Positions 1-11,362 of a stretch of DNA of 64,000 bases are shown here, one piece after another (position 1 is the stretch's first letter; each line of letters opens with the position of its first letter). Below the pieces are notes generated by a model, which did not search any database, was not told the DNA's origin, and saw only the letters and a list, made by a program, of their open reading frames with translations. Origin of the DNA: Schmidtea nova (Eukaryota); NCBI GenBank assembly GCA_044892505.1, contig CM097882.1:145080001-145144000 (forward strand). The letters are read 5' to 3'. A program made the position numbers and the translations under genes.

Positions 1-1114
1 TCGGACTTTCTCCCCACGGCGCTGGCCAAAGGAAACGATACCCCTTTTCTTGATATATTCACCCCGCCGAGCATTCCTATAACATCCATTCCCAAAATTA
101 CACCAAAATCTCTTGGAAGGTTTTCCATCACCAGACAGACCACTCGCAGACTTGTCTTTCTAATAACAATGTTAACCTCGAAGCTTCCCAAACTCTTGGC
201 CAATGATCCATCAGCCACCAGCGCACTCTCGCTCTTCCCATACGGACCGCTGTCTAACGAGGAAAAAATAATAGATTGGGTACAACCTGAATCTATTAAA
301 GCTTTGGAAGTCCTTCCGTTGACAGTTACAACGACAGTCTGTAGCACCATTATTGCTTTTCCAGAGTGAACACTTGCGCACGTGTTACTCCAATAACGTT
401 TCCCGTCTGTTTCTTTGGGCACGATCGCGCGAGGTGGGCTTTATCACCACATATCCAACATTGTTTGCTTTTTCGGAAACATGAATCTTCATTGTGCCCT
501 TTCTTTCCACAAAACGAACACATTTGGTCATTAGGATTGGCAATTCTTCTTTCTTTTACTCCCAGCATACAACTTTGTTGAGAAACTGCATTACTTAACG
601 TAGCTCAAGCTATCTGTACGACCGCATCCATTGCCATTGTTTCAATGTTCGGAATAGCCTGTAGTGACTGTGATATAGACGCTGAAAGTCCAGTAACGAA
701 CGAACATCTGATAACGGCATCATTGACCCTAGATAACTAACCCAGAGATGTTAGTTCGGCCAGATAAACATCGACAGGCTCGTTGCTCCATGATTGATTC
801 TTCAATTTCTCAAAGGCAGGAAACATTGACATAGAGAAGGCTCTCTTCATTGCTGCTTCGGTCTTGATGAAACTTCCTCTGACTTCATCGCTGAGATGCT
901 GATACACCGCATATGCGTCTCCTTTCATCAGTATCGGCAGAAACATCTCCAGGTTTTCAATCTTTTGCATGAGAGCTATCGTTCTTACTTGGGAGAACCT
1001 TATCGTCACGTCACCCGTTCCATCAAAATTTTCAATATATTTAATAAATTCCATGAATTTAGCCGCGATAGCTTGAAGTCGAACGCACAAGAATGACTTT
1101 ATTATAAAATTCAT
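1..1114 (-). mobile_element. Degraded Ty3/gypsy-like LTR retrotransposon fragment (gag, zinc knuckles, protease), running off the window start
   Basis: ORF 737-1114 is gag-like. ORF 350-568 has two CCHC knuckles (CSFCGKKGHNEDSC, CWICGDKAHLARSC). The reverse strand near 260-305 reads ALIDSGCTQSII (aspartic protease). Stops and frameshifts separate the pieces. Confidence 0.85.
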
Positions 1115-1528
1115 AAAATTAACAATAACGTTTTTTTACATTATTCAAACAAACATAATAATTAATTATCACAGAAGTGAATATTTCTAACGTCAATAAC
1201 AAAAAATAACAAATATTGGGTAGTAACAGAATGTTTGAAGATAATTTTATAAACGAAATGAATGTATGAAAGTTGTTTGTGTTTTTGGTAACGTAGCGCA
1301 TAGAGGTTAAACGGAATAATTGATTTTATTTTCTCTAGAATTAGTATTTTAATGATCAAAATTGAGAGGTAAATTTATTTTAAGACACCGCTAATCAATT
1401 TAATCCACATCATATCTGAAATGGAGGTTAGTGAAATAAAAAGCAGGAGCAAGTTGTTGGAACCTCTCGAAAACCTCGATACTTTTCGAATAATGATCGA
1501 AATAATCTTGTTTTGCTTGTGGTTGGGG

Positions 1529-1532
<4 letters not shown>

Positions 1533-1615
<83 letters not shown>
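1533..1615. repeat. (TA)n microsatellite
   Basis: Pure TA run directly abutting the start of E1. Confidence 0.98.
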
Positions 1616-1620
<5 letters not shown>

Positions 1621-1977
1621 GGCTCACCAAAGATCTAAAAAATGCAATAAAACATAATAACAATTAGAGTAAATTAATGCCAAAATAAACTATGTTAACA
1701 TTGTAAACCTAAAGAAAAGAGATAATAACAAATAATTATGTAAATAACAAATTACTTAGAAGAATAGAATAAGCCGAATTGGTGGAAAATAGGCCGACAA
1801 AAGATCTAGAATGGAAATATGGAAAAATTTGCATAAATATTAATAAATAATAGTACAATTTATTAAATAATTATCTGGAAAAAAAAGACCACTAGACTAG
1901 AAAATCTGAAACTGAACTAGAATCAGGTAACAATTAATTAAAAATAATGAACTAACTTTGAAGGGCGGCCTGATCTT

Positions 1978-2014
1978 GATTGGTCAATCTGACCAACGCG
2001 ATCAGTATAAATAC
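1978..2014 (+). promoter_or_regulatory. Reverse CCAAT box plus TATA box (GATTGG...CAGTATAAATAC) of E1
   Basis: Same motif pair and spacing in E3, E4 and E7. Confidence 0.7.
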
Positions 2015-3559
2015 CGACATGAAAATCACAATTTTAGCATTTTTATTTTTGAAGTTAAAATTTGAGGCTTGAAACGATTCAACAGTTTTAAGTACTTACT
2101 AAACTCTAGAAATTAATTTTTATTCAAGAAGCACTTTGGAAGAAAAAGTAAATGGTTTTTTTGCCCATGATTTTATTATTTTATTGAATATATGTGTTAT
2201 AATTCATTCATTATTTTTACCTATAAATATGCTTCCTCAGTAGCTCACGCTGCGAGGGCGCAAGCCGTCTTCATGAGGCATTTTAGATCCACGAGATGGT
2301 GATTGAGATGTAATTTTTATGATTTATAGAGGTTGCACATTGGGACAGTTTTCGATAAACACTTATTAAAAATTTTGATTTTCACATTACACATACGGGC
2401 AGTGTCCGATAAACACTTTTTACATCAAGAATTTTGATTCCTTGCTACAAATATGGATAGTGTTATGCACAGCTTTTAGGATTTCGTATTGCGCTTAGGG
2501 ACAGTGTTTGAAATATCTTTTTAGACCGCACAGGGATAGTTTTTGTGCTAAACCTTTTAATACAAATAGTTCTAATAGCGACAGTTTAATAAAACATTTG
2601 GATTACATTTTGATCGGATACACCTAGCAAGGAGGTATATTAAGATATTGTGACCAATCGCATTTCATGAATAGTTCCGATAAGAATATTTTGATTATTT
2701 TGATCCATGCACGTAGAGATAATTTTACTAAACAATTTTTTTTGGGATTTCATATTTCACAAAGAAAATCGCACTGGACATTAGGATAAATCTGATCGCT
2801 GTATATAGCGACAGCTGTTGATCAAATATTTTGGTAATCCTGATCGTTGTACATAACGACAGTTTTAATAAAACATTTTATAGTAGTAGTTTTCCATACT
2901 ATATAGTGATAATTTTGAATTCAGGTTATACGTAGTACAGGTTATACGTAGTACAACCATATATTGATCAGTGCACGCCGTCATAGTTTTGATAAAATTT
3001 TTAACGGGGTAAAAAAGAACCATGTTGTATAGGCTTAGTCGTGGTACCTAGCGAATGTTTGATGACATACTTTATTAACAATAAATTTAATTGTACATTT
3101 TGTTAAGCATTAGTTTGGCACATTTTAATTTTCTAATAAACATTGGGGTCTATAAAATTTGTTTCTTGAGGAGATTTAGATTGCGGAATACACCGTATAT
3201 ACCCAACCTAGCCAATTTGGGATTTTTATGCCGTCCCTCGTTTAACACAGTAACTTGGCAGTATTAAGGGCTCCTGACGTTCATATCAGGAAGGGTTACG
3301 AGGATTTTAAAGTTTGTATAATTCTACATAGTAAGAGGGGTTCATGGGGCAAGGAGTTGATAAGTTTTGGGTGTACATCATGAGAATGGGGGGCACCTAT
3401 TATCAAGTCACCTGGGAGAAGGTATCACCATTCGGGTAGGGTCCAGGGAAAAGATCAATTTTTAAATGTAATAAATATTATAGTATTAACAAAACAGTTG
3501 GAATACCACACGATAGAAAAATTCATGGCATCGTAAAGAGAGCTACCCAATTCAGCTGA

Positions 3560-4010
3560 TATTTCGCTAACAAGAGCTAGTCGAGAACTGAAAGATTTAC
3601 CACCCCCGATTTTGAGAACAAAAAAATGCCCAGATGTTCAAATGTAGAAAAGCGTTCGGGGAGAAAAGTTTGTTTTCAATTTGGGAAACTGGTCGAGACA
3701 AGGTGCTATAACGAGGAGGCCCCGGTTGGCCTATTTCAGCAAACAGTGTTATTCTCCTAAATTCGGTAGACTCTTAATCATCGTCATGGATCACAATCAA
3801 GAGCCACGAAAAGTCATCTAATGGGGACACATCCCCAAGGCGAACTCGCCTAGCTAGGACTGAATCTGTTAACTTCACCCCGTCCTTACGGGAAAGCTCA
3901 CGAGAGAAGGACGCCAGATTTTTCCATCATTGAACTTCGGCAGAAATTCATAAATGAGGGCCTCCACGTTGCCCACGTATTTGGAAAAAGAAGGACTGGC
4001 TAGGATTGTG
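3560..4010 (+). pseudogene. E1 ORF1 remnant (GGPxWP family, unknown function)
   Basis: Reads ELKDLPPPILRT..., RGGPGWPIS, KFGRLLIIVMD and VI*WGHIP across frameshifts; homologous to 43848-44348. Confidence 0.8.
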
Positions 4011-4181
4011 ATTTTCTTGTTTTATAATTATATCCAAATAAACTGTTGTTCCTATTGATTTGGTTTTATTATTTAGTTAAGTAGAGAGTGAAACTACCTT
4101 ATATTTATATTAATAAATTTAAAAAATTTTCTTTTTCTTCTCTCACTAACTAACCGAGATATTTATTTTTCGTTGAGCAGT

Positions 4182-4767
4182 ATGAACCGAGAGACAGAGC
4201 ACCAAGCTGAACGAGAGAAAGCTGTGAGAATTCGACTCAGCTTAGAAAAAGAGATTAAGCAAGTGAAAACCAAATTAGCTCAAGCAGAGGCACAAATCCA
4301 ATATTTACGCAAAGGCTGGTTTGCGCCAGCACGGATGAAAGAACAGTTGGCTCGTACGGAACGCGCTCAGCGAACAGCGGATGAATACCGGATTGAGTGG
4401 GAGGCCACCAAAATTGAACTGAGAAAATTCCTTCACTCGGTGACAACATCATTTATTGACTCCGAAATCAGAGCCCAAATCAGGCCCATCACGTATCAGC
4501 AGTGGGCGGGAGAAAAGAAACACGCTTGTTCAGTTGGAACTGACGTGGAGGGGTTGGAAGCCGTAACCATTTTGAGTCCGGCAGAATCAACAGAAATCGC
4601 CACAAATTCCAACGGTACCAAGAATATAAAGCGGATAAGCTCCAAGCGCCGAAGGCAGAAGAAACTGTTAGCTCAGCAGTCAGTTACAAGAGCAGATCGA
4701 ACGGATGGCCGACATGAGCGAGTTGGATCTATTAGCTGAGATTCTCCCACTCAACGGAGACTTCTAA
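4182..4767 (+). pseudogene. E1 ORF2 (coiled-coil, WFxP motif, Arg-rich tail), frameshifted near the C-terminus
   Basis: ATG at 4182 follows GAGCAG|T. Reads YLRKGWFAPARMKEQL, SVGTD and KRRRQKK. A frameshift near 4680 restores QLQEQIERMADMSELDLLAEILP. Confidence 0.8.
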
Positions 4768-4921
4768 GAATTTTTTGTAAATAAATGAATTTTTACGGCG
4801 TAGCGCATTTTTGTTTTGTCTTATATAATTTAAGGAGTTTGTAGTTAAATTAAAATTATATTTTGAAATGTATTGTCTAGTTATTTAAGAAAGTTGAGCG
4901 TAATTATTGAGAGAAATGACA

Positions 4922-5153
4922 GCGTAAGACCTTCTAACGGCAGCAGAAACCCATGAAAATAAATGGAGAGTAGTTCCAGCGATGGAGCTCACCTGCCCAT
5001 CTTTTTTCAATCACCTTGCGCATTTCCAACCTAACTATACAAGGAGTAATTAGGGGCGCTCGAGTGAGATAGTGTATGTTTATGCATGATTATGGATAGG
5101 GCATTCCTAGTATATTGACGAATTGTTTTCCAAACCCTTCCATAAACCCAGCA
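4922..5153 (+). ncRNA. 3' structured RNA module A with anti-SL segment (E1)
   Basis: GTAAGACCTTCTAACGGC at 4924-4941; GUUCCA-GCGA-UGGAGC hairpin; bulged stem containing AUUUCCAA; covaries with other copies. Confidence 0.7.
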
Positions 5154-5382
5154 ATTTGGACATAATTCTTAAATAGTAGGTCAATTTGCTGACGTTTTGT
5201 GGTTTATAATGATCGATTTTGATATATTAATAAATTTTTACTGATGAGATTGATTATTTTTGCTTGCTGTTATTTATGAATTAAGAAGACAATCATTTGT
5301 TTCACTTCAAGCTATTTATTATAAAGATCCTAATGAATAGTTAGGGATTACTTAACTAGTGTGGGACAAAATTGGCAAAGAA

Positions 5383-5600
5383 CCTTTTATTGGTCGTCCT
5401 TGAACCCACTGTGACATTCGATCAATAATAGTTTCGACGCTCACTGTTTGCTGATTTCTACTCATTTGTTGCATTATCAACCTTACTCTATAGTGGCAAG
5501 AAAATGGTTAAATAATGTTTTATGTGTTGAGTTGTTGATGATGAGCCATAGCAACAACAAGGTCATATTGACGGTCGACAACCCTACAGAGTTATCATGA
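5383..5600 (+). ncRNA. 3' structured RNA module B (degenerate copy)
   Basis: Alignable to 37895-38115 and 61275-61495 (CCATTTGTTGC stem, GATGAGCCATAGCAAC, GGTCATATTGAC). Confidence 0.6.
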
Positions 5601-6554
5601 GCTTTAAATTCTCTTTATTTTTTGTGTATTTATTTTTCGACGTATTAAAACAAAATTTCAACTTCACTTCTACCAGTCCAACAAAAGGTGCATGTTGGTG
5701 TGTATTTTTCTATACTGTAAGCTGATTGATTATTATAAACGAGACAATTGAGTGAAACATGGTGTATTATATATGTTGGGCCAGCCGAATGAAGTTGAAA
5801 CCTACAATTAAAAAAAATACTAAATAAAGAAATAGGAATATTTAATAACAATTATCCAACAGCAGCCAGGAATCTAGAACAAAATAACGGGAAAAATAAT
5901 CCATAAAATAAGTATCATGAGAAATAATCCATGAAATAAAACATAAATTACTTAAATGGTAACAGATGGGATCCATTACGGCCTGATCGAACCTAGAATT
6001 AAAATGAAAATCAATAGGATTATTATAAAATTATAATTAACAGTGCAGGAAATCCCAGGAATGGATTGAATTCTAAAAAAATAAAATAAGGTAAAAGCAA
6101 ACAGTTACCAACTAGGACCCTCTGTTGCACAGCAATCAAAGCTAGAAAATATTAAATAAATTACCGGGAAACTCACATTTGGAATAAATGAAATTAAAAT
6201 CAATGAAAAGTTCGGATTAAAAATTAATACCTGCAAATTACGACAGCGACAGGCGAGTTTTGATTGGTTGGAAGCCAACACAAAAATAGTATATTCAGTA
6301 TTGTACTGTCATTTTACCTTGAGACAATTTGTCAATTGGTGTACCGAATCATTAGAATCGGCGCGTCCAGCTCCGATTGATTTCTTTATTTTTCCGAAGC
6401 TTCTTTTCCTCATAGTTTATAGCTTCCAGCTGTTTTCTACCGACCGCAACAGCTCGACGACCAGCTACAAATCCACTGGGATCGGTTTTGAATAACAGTG
6501 GCTTATCCATCTCCTTATCGTAAGAAAATGGATCATTGAAGCTGATTGAGTGTA

Positions 6555-6905
6555 CTATTGATTAATTTCGGCAATACATCGACAAGTCATGTCACAGGAC
6601 ATTTCGTGATGAAATTTGCATTCACATCGAGCAGCTTCCAATTGTGCACGGCATACTTTCGATTCATCAACAAAAGAGATCTCGATTCCATTGATCAAAT
6701 TTGAATTAGGATTCTCTTCATAACAGGCAGCTTTATCTAGGCTCTTTATAAAGGGAACTCCCAAGAAACTGATAAAGTCAGCACTTTCCCATAAACTACA
6801 GTCCGAACCGCTATCCGAATATAGTTTGTTATCAAATTTCATTTCATCATTCATAATTGAATATAAACCAAATTTCGAAGTCACAATGACTTTATTTAAT
6901 TCCAA
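6555..6905 (-). CDS. Hypothetical 116-aa protein, antisense within E2
   Basis: Open frame with a Cys/His-rich C-terminus (CECKFHHEMSCDMTCRC); starts at a non-ATG codon; no recognisable family. Confidence 0.3.
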   Translation of the reverse strand: MELNKVIVTSKFGLYSIMNDEMKFDNKLYSDSGSDCSLWESADFISFLGVPFIKSLDKAACYEENPNSNLINGIEISFVDESKVCRAQLEAARCECKFHHEMSCDMTCRCIAEINQ

Positions 6906-7659
6906 ATGTTACAAAATTCGAATACGCAAAACATAAATCCCAAACTCGAAACCTCTTTTATCCCAATCAGTTGACGAAAACGAAGCTTAAAAGCAATTAA
7001 ATCAGCTAAACAAAATCAAATCCTAGAAAAATTCACAAATCCAATATATAAACCAAAAGTTCCTTTTAAATATTCCACAATTATTTATTTAAATTCCAAA
7101 TCCGCCAAAAATTACAAATTAATCCAGATAAACAACATCTCTAATTCCTTTTAAAAATACCCAATTACAAATTAAAAATTAATTCATTAAATTAAATCAA
7201 AATCTGCCACTAAAAGACATAACAATTAATACAGTAAAACAAATCAATTATTCGTTTTTTAATTAAACCCAAAATTCCAAAATCACCCAATGTTAATTCA
7301 CTTGGCAAACACTGTCCCTGATATCCTGATTTCTTTTCGCATCGAAAGCCGCACAACAAATTCGATTAATCCAGTCTTTAAGTTTTTTTTAATCCTCATC
7401 AAAATAAATCCAAATCGATTTAATTCCTTGGTTATTCCTATAAGCGAATTCCGCTCTCGCGTCTGTGTGCGCACCCAATTTCACGATAGATCACATCACT
7501 GTCGCGCGCACAGACGATTGCACGCAATTCCTTTTTTTGCTGCCATTTTTTTTTGAAGAATTAATTCTAAACAATTGTATTTTTTCAAAATCAGGAAACT
7601 TGAATTGCATGAGAATTCGGTGAAGAACGTAGAGATAGTCGATTTTATTTTTATATGTA

Positions 7660-7701
7660 CAAATAAGATTTATATAGATTTCGATAATACCGTCTAACGG
7701 C
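7660..7701 (-). ncRNA. Spliced-leader exon copy (42 nt; SL pseudogene or retrocopied leader)
   Basis: Minus strand reads GCCGTTAGACGGTATTATCGAAATCTATATAAATCTTATTTG, a 40/42 match to the S. mediterranea SL as recalled (GCCGTTAGACGGTCTTATCGAAATCTATATAAATCTTATATG). No clear Sm site follows. Confidence 0.85.
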
Positions 7702-7914
7702 TTCCAGGCTCGCCCTACAATCTCTCACAGCGATCAAGCACGCAATTAATTATTTTAATTATTATTTAATTAATTTTAAAAATATTTTAATAAGCGGGCG
7801 CGACCAGGTATCATTGCAATTTCTTTTTGTTAATTTTATGTTTTGTTGCGGTTAAACCCCCATATTTTTTCTATGCCTTGTTATATTGTTATGTTTAGGG
7901 AAATCAATAAGAGC

Positions 7915-8030
7915 ACGTTCCGACGGTCTCACGACCTGACGGGCAATAACTGGCCTCCAGGCGCAACACTCTCCGGAGTATTGGCCGGTGCGGCGTACCA
8001 ACGCTAAATGAAGGGGAGGAGAGAGGGTTA
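7915..8030 (+). other. GC-rich conserved motif C (putative structured 5' RNA)
   Basis: Homologous to 22165-22285 (CCGACGGTCT...GACGGG...TGGCCTC...TGCGGCGTACCARCGCTAAAT...GGAG). Confidence 0.55.
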
Positions 8031-9566
8031 CTAAATCATCATAAGCTTTGAATACGTGTCAAGCAAGCAGTGATATAAAATCGAACAAATTCAATACAAT
8101 TATCGTATGCATAGTAGGTTAAATTAACAACCCAGATATAATATACATCGATAAAACGGAGAACTTCGGAGAGGTTATACATAGGAACTGTAAAAAGTAA
8201 TCATTTTCGACACAAGCATCGAGCAAACATAGTGACAAAAGCAAAAAACGATACTTTTCGCATATTTGTTCGCATACACAATAAGATGATAAATAGCGTA
8301 ACACGATATTCATCATGAGGTTGGAGTTCTAGGGAATTGTAAGGTATGCAGGGAGAGGTAGAAAACTATGCTGACAAACCCACCCGAATGAATATCCGAA
8401 TTTAGAACCATAGATTAATGCACAAAGGCATAAGACAACACTACGATTTTTACGCTGCCAATGATGCCAACATAGATGCCCGCAAAAGGGGTGACAGAAA
8501 ATTTGCAGTTAGAAACCTAGAGAACCTCTTAATGTATGAGCGATTGAGTGCAGTGGATTAGAAAATTTCCGTCGATGATTGCTTGAAGGACTGAGGACTG
8601 AGGTTGACTGTTTGTGGCTTACAGATTCTTAAATTGCTAAGGCTGGTGGAGAGGTGATTGGTTGCAGATTGAGGTAGGTTTGGTGAATAATTTGTGTGTG
8701 GCATAAATTTTCCATTATGAGAGTTATTATGAACGATCGATAGAGTAATAATTCCAGAGCGAACCGGTAACAGCCGAGTGGATTCATAGTGAATATTTGT
8801 CCATTAAAATTATATGTGTTCAGTATTCATACCGAGTGATCAACAGAAGGGAGAATTGATTTTCTAGAGATTGTCAACAAAAATTGGAAAATAGACAACA
8901 GCTGGCGGTCAGCAATAAGGATTTAAATGGGTAGTCTAGAATGTTTGTTTTGTCTGCAAATATGGATTATGTGTTTGGCCAAATCTGGAGTCCAGTTTTA
9001 GTTGGCTGTTGAAATGAGGGTTGATGTGTTTGTGGGAATGCGTGTAAAAATAGAAGGGGTCAAGTTCTTTTTCCTATTTCTTCTAAAGATAATTTAAACC
9101 CATTATTTCTTTGTTCGTCAATTATAATTTGTAGTTAACATGGAAATTACATTGAACTCGAAAGCCGAAAATCTTCCGTCACATAAAGCCCTTTTCGATA
9201 ACAAGGGAAGGACTAATAAACCAGAGTCCTGGCCGTTAATCAACATCCCAAGGTCTATTCAAGCCGAAGTAAACCGGCATATACGCCACTGGCGACGTTA
9301 TTTTGGTCAACCCGCTCCTTTTGACCTATGGAAACATCCAAACTGTGAAATCCTATGTGAAGGAGGACCACACTGGCCATTTGATAAGAATACATTTGGT
9401 ACCAAACGCATCCGATGGTTTATCGAATTGCAAGATGACAATTGGGGTAAATTATCTTGGATCGACCCCGCAACATCCGCACAGGAGAGGTAATATCCTA
9501 CCCAAATCTGCCATTGGGGTTCCAAGGGGAATGGAAGTCACGATCGCCATGGGCAGGAAATATTCA

Positions 9567-9795
9567 TGCTGGTGTGTTGGTTGGATGTTCAACTGAGATC
9601 ATGTTTGATTTTATACGTTAGGGTGATCTCACCAAAATAAAAATATCTCCCCGCTGACACCCATGATGTATCCCTAACTACTCATCATGTTGGTGCTATG
9701 TCAACGTTGTGAAATGACAAGGCAGGTGAGCAACCTTGCGGCCACTATTCCCTTGTTTATTCACGGGTCCACCACTACCGTTAGAAGGTTTATGT
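9567..9795 (-). ncRNA. 3' structured RNA module A (E3)
   Basis: AAACCTTCTAACGGT; GUGGCC-GCAA-GGUUGC; CUCACCUGCC; CAUGAUG/CAUCAUG inner stem. Confidence 0.7.
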
Positions 9796-9969
9796 GGTTT
9801 TCTTTCGGTCCCTTCTTATGCGCTCTCTTTGTCTCCTCTTGGGTAAGTTCGATTTCGATATGTCCTGTAGCACAGAATGAATCAGCTTCACTTAGTCAAC
9901 TTTGAATTTAATTTCACATACATACCTCAAACACTCAAGTCCAGTCATTTAACTAGTATACATTTATTT

Positions 9970-10527
9970 TTAATTTAACAACACTGATGGGTTTATGACC
10001 GCGATCAATTGTTTCTCAGTGAGACCACTCAGAAGGTCTAATTCAATTCCGACTCTTTCAGCGTATTCCCTTCGCTCTCGTCTTCGTTTTGCTCCTAATC
10101 GGTTCCGACGTTTTGTCCGTTTGGAGCCCTCAAGTGGCGACATGGTTATTGGAGTACTCGCCATGGAACTCGAGTCCATATCTGTTTGTGTACTCATGGA
10201 TACGTTAGTAGTCTTCACCCAGCGATTGAAAGTGCTGGCTCGGATGAGGGATCGTAACTGCTGCGTGATAAATTCTTTGGTGGACACCCTCATATAATTA
10301 TTTAGCTCCAGCTTTACAGCGGCAGCCTCTCGTGTTTGCTCGTCAGCTATCTGCTCGGCTCTGTATCTCGCTTGTTGAATCAGTTTCACCCGTTCCGGAT
10401 GAAACCATGTGGTTTTCACTCTTTAGTGTTCCTCACTCAACTGTTGTAGCCTACCTTCGAGAACTTTAATTCGTAATTTGTGCTCCTTAGCCTCTCTCTT
10501 ATAGTTACGATTGTGGCTTTCATTCAT
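9970..10527 (-). pseudogene. E3 ORF2 (coiled-coil, WFxP, TQT, Arg-rich) with one in-frame stop
   Basis: TTTTTAG|ATG at 10527; MNESHNRNYKREAKEHKLRIKVLEGRLQQLSEEH*RVKTTWFHPERVK...STQTD...NRLGAKRRRERR. Confidence 0.8.
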
Positions 10528-10822
10528 CTAAAAAGGAGGAAACGAAGATCAATCTGTACTATGATTCATTTACGGTCCTATATCCCCCTCTTACCCTTGA
10601 ATGTTATGGTATTAGTATTCACAAATCGGTATCTCCCCTTACTCTTTATCATACAGTCACCCATTTGTAAATCAACATCACACCTGCATCATTCGCTTTT
10701 TATTGAATTAGACACAAAAGTTCTTGGTATAACCATTTATTAATTTCATCACAAATCATGACACCTTCACGTCCGTTTTGCCATCTCCTTTAGAAAAATT
10801 CCAATAGGTCTTGGTTAAATTG

Positions 10823-11362
10823 TCAGTTGGCTCGTCCTCTCCCATCCGGTTGGTAGATTTCTGGGCACGGGTCCCAACATAACCGATCCTGGTATGCAAA
10901 GACTTCCCATAGTCTTTCGTTGTTTGGCCCCGACTGAGTGTTCATATTTATATTTCCGGGTGCATGGAAGTAGGATTGTCTTTTGTAAACATTGTCCGTG
11001 TAAACACATCGGGGTTGGTCCATTAGGATGTATCCGAGTTTGTGGAAGTCGGACCTTGTCATAGAATTGTCGCTCAATATCCACTTGGGTTGGCTTTGGG
11101 AGTTCTCAAGCTGTAGAAACCATCGGCTGCCGGCTCGATTCGGCGTCTTTGATGACATTGGCCACTCCGGATCGCCTTCCCATCGCACCCTTAGCTGGAA
11201 AGACCCTATCGTTCCTCGGGTGGCTGGGTCGACGTGGCCTCGCATCCAGGCTCTCAGGTGTCGCTCGGCCGACCACTTTATAGCACTGGGGATGAGTGTT
11301 GGATCTTCGAAACGCCATCTTCGGATAGCGCGACTTCGCTGTCGTTCTCTTTGGTATTTCAT
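10823..11362 (-). CDS. E3 ORF1, 179-aa Trp-rich protein of unknown function
   Basis: Intact ORF preceded by TTTTTAG|AGG-ATG; WEGDPEWP core aligns with GGPxWP of other copies. Confidence 0.7.
   Translation of the reverse strand: MKYQRERQRSRAIRRWRFEDPTLIPSAIKWSAERHLRAWMRGHVDPATRGTIGSFQLRVRWEGDPEWPMSSKTPNRAGSRWFLQLENSQSQPKWILSDNSMTRSDFHKLGYILMDQPRCVYTDNVYKRQSYFHAPGNINMNTQSGPNNERLWEVFAYQDRLCWDPCPEIYQPDGRGRAN

Larger units (their letters stand above)
1616..5153 (+). mobile_element. E1: ORF-bearing solo-LTR-like element (anti-SL family, A-type)
   Basis: Starts TGTTGGG and ends AACCCAGCA like E7. Contains promoter, 5' hairpin, ORF1 remnant, ORF2 and 3' RNA module. TSD is imperfect (ATAT/ATTT). Confidence 0.75.

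Noticed and set aside
1400-1663. ORFs with IYIYIY runs
   Set aside because: Artefacts of the (TA)n microsatellite
2228-2250. HDV-like ribozyme (GCU-UCCUCAGU-AGC)
   Set aside because: No upstream P1 strand or GG for P1.1; the flank is AT-rich; other copies fold as a simple hairpin
4922-5153. Module A as a hammerhead, twister, pistol or HDV ribozyme
   Set aside because: No CUGAUGA/GAAA hammerhead core and no twister consensus. CC-UUCUAAC-GG resembles an HDV P3/L3, but no P1/P1.1/P2 partners are present.
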